Part shown: piece by piece, positions 26,502-38,277 of the stretch
Position numbering within the stretch: position 1 is the stretch's first letter
Layout of the letters: each line of letters begins with the position of its first letter
Source of the DNA: Auanema rhodensis
Lineage: Eukaryota; Animalia; Nematoda
Reading direction: 5' to 3'
Length of the DNA stretch: 64,000 nucleotides
Assembly: GCA_964057225.1 (NCBI GenBank)
Contig: OZ059898.1
Span: forward strand, 6,200,001-6,264,000
Made by a program: the position numbers and the translations under genes
The notes under the pieces: generated by a model
Told to the model about the DNA's origin: nothing
Databases searched by the model: none
What the model saw: only the letters and a program-made list of their open reading frames with translations

Positions 26502-27611
26502 ATGTCTTTTCATCCGCCTGTCAGACCAGCTCCTCCGAAGGTTCAAGTAACGAAAACTTGGTATGAGGAATTACTAGAAAAGGTTTTCCAATGTCATTTA
26601 TTTTATGTTTACATCGTTCTTTTTAAGGACGAATTACTTTTATATGTTACCGCTTTTTTGGGTGTCATTCTGCCTGGTTTCGTGTATTTCATTTACCAGA
26701 AAGTTCACAATGTTTATTTGAAATATGCAGAGGTTTGTTTAATGAGATTTTGTTCAATAACAATGTTCTTTACTAGAAAAAAATGGAAGAAAAACGATTA
26801 GAACGAAATGCGAAGAATAAGGTTGGAAAATTAATATAATTAATGTATTTGCTTATATATTTTTTTCAGATAGCAATTATTACTCTATTGACTGAAGATA
26901 GTGAACTTAATGATTTTAAAGGACAGTTAGCTGAATGCTTTCAAACACAAACTGAACTTGAGTTAGTTGTTTGGGATGTTGCTAGCTTAAAAGCTAGTCA
27001 AGTAGCTGCATTCAAGGTAATATTTGCTCTGCTGTTCTCTCTTTTTCAATGCCTATTGTAGGGTATTGGAATATTCCTTGTAGAATCTATCGACGGAGAA
27101 CCCTCTGAGGAGTCACAATGGTTTCTCGAATGGCTGGAAGATGTTGCAGCTGACAAAAAACTTAAGAAAAATGCCAACTTCGAGTCAATTCGTTTTTCCG
27201 TAGCTGGTTTTGGAAGTTCTCTAGAAAAAATTAAAATATTTAATAAGGTTGTTCACTAAATTGGTTTTATTGAACGAATTTGGTTTAGGCCGCGAAAACT
27301 CTTCAAAAGAGGTTAAAAATTCTTGGATCAACACAGATGATGCCATTAAAATTGTTTGATACTGCTAAAGGTATATTACGAAGATTATAACTATCAAAAA
27401 ACTCTCTTCTATAGGAGACTGCACAGAAGCGAATCAGGAACTTTTCAATAATTGGTTGAATGATTTATTCCAAGCACTTGAACATCATATGGATCTTGGT
27501 AGCGATGCAGAAATAGATTCTCAATGGGAACAAAGTGAGGAGGAAGATGAAGTATCAGTTGATGATGAAGAACAACCTGAAAATGCTAATAATACCAAGA
27601 AGATCAAATAA
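26502..27611 (+). CDS. Membrane-anchored flavodoxin-like protein resembling the N-terminal domain of TYW1
   Basis: TM helix LLLYVTAFLGVILPGFVYFIY, then GIFLVESIDGEPSEESQWFLEWLED...IRFSVAGFGSS...FNKAAKTLQKRLKILGS and an acidic tail. Stop TAA at 27609-27611. Confidence 0.75.
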
Positions 27612-28028
27612 TTTAGGGGAAGGGGGATGTTATGCTACTTTTATTACTTTTGTTTATATGTTTTATCTAATTTCTCATGTATATCTTTACTTTTTTAAAT
27701 AAGAATATTGTTTTTTTTAACCAATTTTTCCATGAGAGCTAGGTAATTGGCTTTATTTTCACTTCGTCCAACAAACTTTTTCATTGGCACAAAATTTAAT
27801 CAATCAAGCTCAACAAACTAATACATTCAAGAAGAAAATTGTTTCGTTTTCAATATGAGTCTCCTGAGACTCGCGTTGACAAGATGGTAATTTAAGAAGA
27901 GAAATGACTTAACAAGAAAAGGGGGAGGTCGTCTGGATAGCATGGGTGGTAGAAACTAGTCCAGTTGACAACAATTTTCTATTTCATAACTACTCGTTCC
28001 TTCTGTTAAATTGCAAACGATCTGAGAG

Positions 28029-29152
28029 ATGATTTTTGGAATTCTGTTGTTTCTGAATGTTGCCATCCCTAGGTATGTAGTAAATAAAATGAATTCATTT
28101 ACAATTTGTTATTAAAGTATTTTTTCTACTTGCACCAATCTTTATTGTCCATTGACGCCAAATCTGCCTTCTATCCCTTGCGATCAATGTTCTCGATGTA
28201 GTCAGCAATCCATGAAGTAAAATTAGCAACTGATATGTAAATTCTCTTAGTTATTTAGACTTTGTCAAAGTTCGAATCATACTTGTTCATGCGTTCCATC
28301 AGTAAATGTTAAGTGTTCAACAACTGCCGGAGAAGGATTAGAGTTCATGAAAGTTTGCAAATTTCGCGGTTGTTTTCAGAATTATTAAATCATAACTAAG
28401 CTTTACAATACAGATGATCGAAAAATACCATCTCCAATTATAAGCGGTAGAGGTTCAACAGCTGTTTCTGTTGTTGTTCCTCGTTTTTTTTCCGAACCTG
28501 AATTCAGTGGTTCTCATCTGTCTGAACTTCACCTTATTATTCAATTTCACACAAAAGCAAGTTTTCAAATCAGAATTAACAGGCAACTTAATATTTGAGG
28601 ATAAAACTATTTGCAAAGACTTTTTCTCTATCAAAGCTTACAAACTAGGCACAAATGACTGCTTAATGAGGATGAGGATACCGATGCCTGGATTCGATCA
28701 TAAAACCGATAATGTATGTAACTACACTTTGAGTTGAACGAGTCACCTTTTAAGCATTATTATTACGATGATGGATCTGAGTTAGAAACAGAATTTCCAA
28801 TGGATATGTTCGAAGATGCAGAGCAACTTCAACTATATTTAGAAGTACTGATTGGAAGCGAGAATATTGTAAGCTATTTTCTATTTCAAAATATTAAATT
28901 GTTAGCACTACAATTAGGAGATAAAAAGGTCAAATAAAATATTCATAAGCTTGCTGTGAAAAAATATTATGAACATTAAGATATCTGATGGCTCCATTAT
29001 ACTCTCTGCTCATGGTCGATCACCTCCAGTCATTCATAAAATTTGTGAGTGATCTCATATGTGATACTACTAAAGGTTTAGTTTAGATCATCAACAAGTG
29101 AATAAAACATCAACAACTATTACGCCGACTGCTTCCGAACCTAAGAAATAAA
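28029..29152 (+). CDS. Uncharacterised secreted protein with Cys-rich N-terminus (3' exon structure uncertain)
   Basis: Signal peptide MIFGILLFLNVAIPSIFS, then CTNLYC...CDQCSRC...CSC...C. Exons join in frame through ~41-46 nt introns. The last exons are ambiguous, with a stop at ~29102 or 29152. Confidence 0.55.
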
Positions 29153-29378
29153 ACTAATAATAGCCCCCTATAGCAAAAAATAGCAGAGCAATCTTTTATG
29201 ACACTCATGAGAGTGCAGTTTAATGTCACAAGGTGGAACCACAGGTTACAAGCTACGTTCTAGAGTGAAAAGATTTAAAATCTATTTTTCTTCAATTTTT
29301 TGTTCTATTAAACATTTTCTCTTCATATTGTACCTTTATTAAATATATGAATAAATATATTGTCCAGATATTTTTCTT

Positions 29379-30659
29379 ATGCCAAACAACGATTGCATTC
29401 TTACTCCCAGACAAAAATGTGGAAAAACTTCGCTGGTATTTCAAATAACTCTAAATTAAATAATTATATTTAATTACTCGTTCAGAAATCACTTAATCTT
29501 TTGAATTTACCATACGGAAATCTAAAGCAAATATTGAGCAGCGTAAGAATAATTCAAAATTCAATAATCAATTAGAACTTTTTAGCTGTATGCTCCTTCC
29601 TTTTATCGTCTAGCTAAAACCAATACGCTATTCGCAGATATGGTTATCAACAAAGTTGTTCAACCACGCGTTTCTTTAATTTCATCATGGCACTATTATT
29701 TACCTGTCGAAGAAGATCTCCCATATATAAGTAAATATGTATGTTCATACCATAAATATTTTTTAAATGACTTCTATTAAGCCTGTACTTGTTAGATATA
29801 CAGATGTCCCTATGTCGAAAACTGATTTTTTTGATAGTGGACTTCCAGATTTCCTGCACAACTCTGTTACTGATCGTCTTCACGTGGTAATAATTTACTC
29901 GTGCAAGTAAAATTCGAAATTAATTATTTAGTTTACTGACCATAAAAAACAAGAAAAAGAGTTAGTCGAAAGACTAGAATATTATAATGTAAGATCAATA
30001 GGATTATGCGTAAGTTTATAATTATATTAATTTTTTTACTTAATGATTTCAGACACAACTTCATTCTATAAATGTTTTGAAAGCCATATCAGTGATTAAG
30101 TGTTCTTATTTACGGCTGACTCAAGGAGAGGAAGCATTAATAAATAGCAAATTCATAGAGAATCTAGAACAGTTCTCATTAGATGGAATTTGGATTGAAT
30201 CTGCTATGAGTGTTAACACAATCATTAATATTTTAAAGGTTATTCTTCACTCTTTAAAAATTAAATTAAGAAAAGATTTACTGAATTATATTTTTTTTCA
30301 GAATTGGAAAAAGGGTATATTAGATCTTCCAAAAACTTCTTGTTTCACTATTGTACTCCTCAAGTCACCTGTTGAATTAGAGAACTGTTTGGCTGGAAGA
30401 CTGTATCCAAATGTAAGTTTTTATTTACACGAACATTACAACAAAACTTCAATTATTTCAGAAGGATCTTAATTTTAGTCACTGCTTTGAAACAGTAAAT
30501 AATAAAGGATGCAGGGCTTTAGTTAAACTGAATACAAATACTTATGACATAAAAGTTGGAAAGGCGGTCCGAAGTGTTCAAGTATTTTTTGGATTAGGAA
30601 CTGATGAAGCAATTGAAGAAAATTATCAAACTTGTATTTATTATACACAATTAACATAA
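29379..30659 (+). CDS. F-box-like protein
   Basis: Spliced MPNNDCILTPRQKCGKTSL|KSLNLLNLPYGNLKQILSS|LYAPSFYRLAKTNTLFADMV has the F-box pattern (LLxLP..L..I...L). Downstream exons end at TAA 30657-30659. Confidence 0.6.
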
Positions 30660-30969
30660 CTACCATTAAGTAATCATATGTTACCTTCTAAGTGATCTTT
30701 TAAATAAACTCAATTATTCATTCCGTATTAATGTATCAACATCAACAAGAGCATTTCAAAATACACAGCATCTAATAAGGTAATTTTAAAAGTATCAAAA
30801 TGGTAAAAGTAACGTTTTTCGAAATTATAATTTAAAGAACTAATAAAACATAATTATTATACGAAATAGAGCTTCCAGCTCATAATGATTTTTTTCACAT
30901 CAAATAACTCAATACCTTCGAAATAAGATAACTACAAATTTTTCCATTTTTTAAAAACCATTGTTAGTT

Positions 30970-32561
30970 TTAAATCCTCTTCTTCTTAGAAGCATAGAAA
31001 TCATCCAATATAATTCTTGGTTGGCAAATCTGAATCGTACGAAAAAAAATTTAACTCAATTGAGTAAATAAACATACCTCATACTTTCTCTTGCGGAAAT
31101 AGTCTGCTATACAATTAGAGAATGTCGCATTGTTTTTAATTATTCCCATATTTGGAAGCTAGAACGGAACAAAAACTACTAATTGATCCCGTTTCATACC
31201 TTTGCTAGACATTTAGATATAGATTTTGACCTTTCTTCGAAACAATCATGGAGCTTAAGATAAGTTTCCAATGTGGGAACATAACAGACTTTTTCTATTA
31301 TTCCCATTTCATGTAAAGTTTTCAGTAATGATAAAAGAGTTTTAATCTTTCCCTTGGCCTTAATATTCATTATTAGAGAAAATAAATAAAGAATTTGAAA
31401 CTTGTTTTGACATAGTAGTTGTCGGCCTTATAAGGATTTTCAATTTCTTAAACAAAATAACACTTCAATTTTAGCAAAGAAGGAAATACCTGTTGAAGTT
31501 TATTTACTTTTTGATAAGTTTCATACTCCAACTGTTTTGTGCGAATAGCAGACTGAATGATTGCCAACTGAATCATTTTAGTCATTACAAAAAAACCCAG
31601 CAAAAAACAACCTCGTATTCAGCAAATGGATTTGTTATATCAAATGTCATGATATAATCAATGGTTCTATGGAAATTCTGAAATAATTCACATTTAACTG
31701 ATCCATAAAAGTCAAATGGAAAATTTTCTTTACAACTTTATAGAACTAAACATTTGGAAGTGTTTTTCAAATGTAGAATAGAAAAAAGGTTTTTAAGAGT
31801 TCTCTTTAACTAAAACGTGCATAGCTTACTGACCGTTAAAAGTTTTTCTCCTTTTAGCAGTGATTTGTTTTCTGAAATATTGAAATGTAAAAGCAAATAA
31901 ATTATAGCAAACCTTTAACATTTTTAATGTCTTTTTTTAAGATGTCTTCCTTTTTTAAAACAACTACATTCCTTGGCTTGATTAGAAAACTTTTAAAGAT
32001 TGTTCTAATTAGATTTCGACAAACCTTATAATCCGTTCTGGTAGAAGCTGAGTCTGTCAACCCAAATGGTCTCACCCCTTCATCTAAAAATGTCATCATT
32101 TCTAATCTGTAGAAATATCTGTACCAGATAGTTGTTCCGTTGTTAAAGACATGGTACCCTGTACAAAGAAAAAAATAAGCAATCATAATTACTGAGAATA
32201 CCTTAGACTCCTTCACTATTTCTGAGTCCTTATCATGTAAGCTGGACCCCTCCAAACAAGGAAATGTAGGTAGAAAACTGTTAGACGAATAGTCAAAGAA
32301 AGTGTCATCACAGTTCTGAAAAAAATATAAAGAACTAAAATTAGATGTAGTATTACCTGGGAATAACATTCGATTGTTGTTTCAACATCAATATCATCTG
32401 CTTGGACACAGATGTGTCCATTGATAATAATATATCCATCAGTCTAAATATAAGAAATAAGATGATTTAGCTTCAGGCGCGATTCCAAAATATCTCCTCA
32501 ACGGGTGACAATTCCAGGAAAAACTCACATTCTTATAATAATTTTTTCGTATTAAAGGCAT
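30970..32561 (-). CDS. Uncharacterised multi-exon protein
   Basis: Exons join in frame: MPLIRKNYYKN|TDGYIIINGHICVQADD...|NCDDTFFDY... The last exon ends ICQPRIILDDFYASKKKRI*. No family recognised. Confidence 0.55.
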
Positions 32562-33469
32562 GGTTTTAGAGCAAAGTTTCAATAATAACAAATTAAAAAT
32601 TAAAAAATATTCATAAAAATGGGAAGACCACGCGTAGTGGCGCACGTAATCAATATTTGTTTTTCAAATCCACTTAAGTTCGTTTGTATCGCTTATCTAT
32701 TAATTTATGTTATATTGTTTACAGCTGCTCGTATTCAATTATGTGCATTCGTAAGTAATCTAAGATAAAATAAATTAAAAGCAAAAAAAATATGATTAAA
32801 ATGATAATGAATAACAGTAATTTTGCTGATGGTAATCACGCTGAATTGCGAATTTATAATTATGCTAATATTCTGTCCTTCATACTATTTTGAGAGGAAT
32901 GGACTTATACAGCTTTATACGCAATAAATAATCTGTATAACTATACATGGTAACACATTTTTACGACTGAGAATGCTTTTTCTTACAAATATGTTTTCTC
33001 TATATACTAAACAACAGACTTACTCTGATCGTGGATCAATTGTAGATCTCATTGAACAAATTATAAGATCATTTAGGTAACATGTATAAAATAATAAAGT
33101 GGTTTTTCAACGAAATCCTATTGTGGCTGAAGGTCAGCTGAAATGTCCTAATTAGATGTTCTTCATTCCACTTTTCTTTCACATCCACTAGTCGTATGGA
33201 ATTATTTTGTATGTTCATTTCTCGATAATTATATTTTGTACATGTATACAGTTTATTAGTTACGAGTAGAGAGAAGATAATTATTTAAAACTTTTTAACT
33301 GTACTATAATATTTTGAAATAACTGTAGAAATTACATAAAAATCATTACCTAGCTGAGAAAACGCCCTTGAACTTAGAAAAAATATTTCAAATCGACTTA
33401 CTGCTGTACTTTTTGTTTGCTTTGTGGACATATATATGTTTATTGTTGTAATTATTTGTATTTAGTGAA

Positions 33470-36400
33470 ATGTTGAGAACATACGTTCTACTTGTCTTAT
33501 TGCCACTTGTTTATGGACAGTTTGAAGATCATGTTGATCGTCAAATCATTTTAACAGCTCATGGTATGAGCATGGATGATGAGGCCAATAGAGTAGTTAT
33601 GAATTGTGAGTATATTATATTATGAATATTTGAAATTATGAGTTGTTTTCTTTTCAAGTAATATTCTTTCTATTTTCGGATTATTTCACCAAAACCTCCC
33701 AGAAATAATAACTAGTTGTATCTCACAACAGGCTTATGTTTGCATTACCTCAATAAGAGTAACTTAACCATTGAAAATCGTTGCATTTTGATCGTATTTG
33801 AAAAAAGAATGTAAGTTCATTGGTACAATTATACTATTAGAGCTCTTAACAAGTACGGTCAAAAAAGTACAAATTAGTTTTTATTCTGAAAAAAATACTT
33901 CATCAAGAATTTCTTTCACGAAAACAATGTTATAGTAAGCAGTGATCGTATTCCACCTTTACCATGTTTGATGGCCAATGCCGGAAGACATGAACATGGT
34001 GAAACATTTACAAAGGACAATTTCCACTATGAATGTCGTAATGGTACTGCCGAAGTCGTTGGTCAGTCAATTATATGATCAATTTGGCCTCATTAAAAAG
34101 TTTTTCAGCTTGTATTGCTGACGATCAGTCAGTCATTCAATTAGGGCGCGTCTTCGAAAAGAATGGACTTCGTCATAAATGTACTGTTATCGGAGAAACA
34201 GTGTCTTATGAACAAGGTATTTCAAAGAAGTTAACGATTAAATTTTGAAAATAAATTCTGTTTCAGAGTCCATGTGCTATGAAAATGGTATCAGTTATAA
34301 CATTGGGGAATCTTTCCGCAATGGATCATTTAAATTAGTTTGTGGTAGAGAAGGGATCTCAGTTGAAGGTTTTAGTAATTATGAATATGATTCATAAATA
34401 TATCTAAACAGGATGCTATTTACAACATACTTTTGATGGATATTTAATGAGTGGAGAATCCCGAGTAATTGGGGAGCACAGACATGAGTGTCAGCGAATG
34501 CCTGATGGACGAGTCCGATATACTGTTAAAGGTTATTAAAATTAATTTATCGTATTTATCTTTGACAAAATTAGAAAGTCTGCGAAAATTGATTCAACCG
34601 TACTTTTTTTTAAATTGAGCTGAAATAAACATTAATGAAGGCCACATGCCTATTCACGTGAAAACAAATAAATCTATTTTTATTTTTCAGTAATGGGTTG
34701 CACTCATCAAGGATCTCACTTTAACATTGGACAAATTTGGACTGAAAGTCATATTCGGTACAAGTGTCAAGACGATGGAACATTATCTGTTTTAGGTACT
34801 ATTTAACAAGTATTAATATTAATTACTAGCCCAACTACATAGAATCATTGACAGGAAATTACACATCATCTTCCTGTACTAGTATTAGAACATTAAATAT
34901 ACTTAAAGTAGAGTATGGTTATGAAATAATAATTTAACATTACATAGATCAATAATATATAATTAGATCTTGTCTGACATTTTTATCGTTAAAGTTCACT
35001 GGACTTTTTATTTTAAATTCAAGATATTCTATATAATAGAAATTCTGTGAAATATTACCTTTTATATGAAAAATATTTACTAACTGAAAATTCTGAAATC
35101 GGACATTTTTTATGAGAAATATAGCATCTTAATGATATTTCATACCCTTTGCTTTCTAATTTTGTCATTCTACGTGAAACACGTGCCACTATCTCGTGAG
35201 CTCTTAGATGTGACATTTTAGTCTTCACAAAATCTATTCTATCAACGAACGAATAGAAAGAAAGAAAAATTTTCAAAATATTTGTTTAGAAACGTAAAGT
35301 AAATATGAAGTTAGTTCTGAATCTTGAACTCTATATTTAAGAAAAGTTCCATAAAGTAAAAGAGAAATTTGAATATTTTTTATCTTATCATTTCATATAT
35401 TGATATGAATTACTTTTTAATTTTTTAAGAAATTTTTGTAACATCTGGAACGTTTACGATCAAAACCAATTACTTGCTCAGAAGAGACGTGAAGCTATCA
35501 AATCCAATAATTGTGTTTTGAAAGTCAAAGTTCGTCCATCTTTCATATGCACATATATATTCTTTGCAAGCGTTTGCAAAGTATAACTAGATTCTTGTTT
35601 TATGATATTCTATCATGTTTTTCTAATATCATGAATTGATGAATAAGGCAAATAGTAGCATATGTCTGTTTTAGCGACATTTGATTTCTAATTTATCCCA
35701 TATATAAATTAGTAAAATCATTAAGTGAATAACAATGAAGAATTGATATTTGGTATTTTAATTAATCGATTTATATTCTATATTTAGGATGTGTCGATGA
35801 GTTAATGTATGTCGACTTGGGTCGGGATATGTTGATTGACGGGCATGTTCATCGTTGTTATCAAGTGGATAACACAGCATTTTATCATAAGTAAGTTGAT
35901 CTTTTTCATTTTTAAAATTTTTATGGCGAAGCTACATATGACGCTTTGAACAAAAAAAAAGACGAAGAAGAAAACTTCAAGACCACGTGAACCAATGATA
36001 AATGAATAGAACCTTCTGTATTGGCACGGGAGCGATGAAATAGTCACTTTGAATTAATCGAAGAAGACCATGTGAATGATAGGCACGTATATTTCTTTTC
36101 GGATTTAGTTCTCAAATGCTACTAATTTTTCAATTTGATTATTTGCCCTTTGTATATCTTGTGAATCCTAGGCATACATAGTTTAACTCCATACACGACA
36201 TAGAACTATGTGACCAGTTAGAGGAATAAGAATACGTTCTCACGATAGGACAGGACAGAAAGAAGTTTTCGTGTTCGAGAGTGCCTACCCTGAGCTGAAA
36301 AACTAGTTGTATTCTTATATTCTGATCTTTCTACTTAAATGAAAGTTCAGAGATTTCGATATTGAATTGGGGAGAGTGCAGTATAGTACAGTGACGTAAT

Positions 36401-36610
36401 GAGAAAATAGACCGTTGTCGCACTGAATATACATAGTTTTGACGATGAGATCATTTGTTGGATAAGCTTGACTAATTTGATTGAAATTCATGAAATTAAT
36501 ACTTTGAACTGATTAAATTTAGATTTGCCTGTCCTGATGGTAGTAGCCTTCAAGACTGTATTGCTGCCAATCCAGCTATGGCTCGAGCACGCCGTGTCCG
36601 CCGCATGTAA
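33470..36610 (+). CDS. Secreted MIG-18-like protein with fibronectin-type-I-like Cys repeats
   Basis: Signal peptide MLRTYVLLVLLPLVYG. Repeats such as C...HEHGETFTKDNFHYECRNG...ACIADD and GCTHQGSHFNIGQIWTESHIRYKCQDDG. Stop TAA at 36608-36610. Confidence 0.7.
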
Positions 36611-37274
36611 ATTTTACAACAATAGGTCTCGCCATTACCAGATTTTTAATAAATGCCCGGGTACCTTATGTGTTTAAAATATAAAAAAACTCTCTGAGAA
36701 AACTGGTTTTATTATCGACTGAATAAATATAATTTGAGAAAAAAAATGTTAAGTAATAAAATAACAAGTATAACAACAAAATCATACAGATGTAAAAGCA
36801 ATGTGTAAGTATATAGTTAAGAGTAGTAATTTATAAAAATGTAAATAAAATGATAAGGATAACAGAGTTTATTAACAGAGAAATCGTTTATTTACTTAGT
36901 CGTTAGGAAACCGTATTGAAGTATAATATGAGATAAAATCGGAAAGTGATGAAACACCGGGTTTCGAAATATGAACATCTAATCTACGAATTAAACATTT
37001 CATGCTTGTTGAATGTGTTTATCAAAGTAAGATGAGAATTATATTCTCTGATATCTAAATCTGATTCAGAATCCAGGCGCAGTCCCAGTTAAACAACGTC
37101 ATCGTAATCTTTTACCAAAGTCGCATGACACAGATGGTGTAATAGAGAACTGCGACCGTTTTGTTGAGATATGTTAGGCTACCATGCCGGAGGTAACTAT
37201 AACTATTGTGTATCCATGTTCTTCAGAAGAACATTGATTGGGCGTCGTCATCCTTATTGCTGATGATGTCATGC

Positions 37275-38277
37275 TCAAGCTCGTGTTCGATGAGACAAGG
37301 CAGTCGGTAGTCTTACGGGCCGGGCTACGCCATGTTTTAGCGTCGTCGGTAATACGAAACCTTTGTGGTTACGGTAATATTCAACGAGATCAAGAAGATT
37401 TCTGAAAAAAAGAACAGTTTGAAAGGGCAATTGTCATGATGACATTTCACTAATTTTTTGATATTTGATCGAATAAATATAAAATTTTTAACATTCATTT
37501 GACAAGAAATTGATAAGATAATCAAGTAGTAACTTACTTGAAGCTTTGATTAATTTCTAAATTCCAACGTGGAGTTCCATTTTTCATCCTTAGCATTATC
37601 CGGAGATGAACAAATTTTCCGTTATGAAGAACACAAATTTGATATAATTGGCCAATGCAGTAAACCAAAAAAGATCTGACAGAAATTGAAATGAGAAGGG
37701 ACACAAAAAGTTTCTTTGCTTACCCTTCTTGGAATCCCGCATCCATAAGCAAACGTTCAGCTTTCCTACTATCAACGTTACGATAAAACCACTTCTGAGA
37801 ATCATGAAGGTCAGATACATGATCTAAAAAAAAAATAATAATTTCTTTATCTTGAAAAATTAATTAGACTCACATTGTCGAAGATCTTCATCGCTTCCAC
37901 TATGCATTATTTTTCTAGCAGAAGATCTTGACTGGCTAAGTAATTTAGGAGCGGATTCTTTACAGAAATGCATAGGGACACGGTCAATATCATCAAAATT
38001 AGGATCAAGTTTGCTCTAAAACAGTAAAATAAGGAAAACGAACAATTTCATAGAAACATACAGTTGTAGGTGCATGAGTAAATTGCATTTCCATATAGTC
38101 AGAATTTTCAGAATTAATAGAAGGAGAAGTAGTAGAACTTGAATCGGCCAGGTCTCCAGTAGAGAGACTTCTGAAGCCGTTGGAGCTGTTTCGTTTAGTC
38201 AGACGATTGAACAGCGTTCGGATCAAATCTGATGCAACATCAGATGGTCGCCGACGGTGGGAAGAAATAAGACGCAT
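37275..38277 (-). CDS. Small adaptor with C-terminal Grb7/10/14-like SH2 domain
   Basis: HDSQKWFYRNVDSRKAERLLMDAGFQEGSFLVY...NLLDLVEYYRNHKGFVLPTTLKHGV. The N-terminal region is Ser-rich with a YMEM motif. The ATG follows TTTTTCAG; further upstream exons are possible. Confidence 0.72.
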
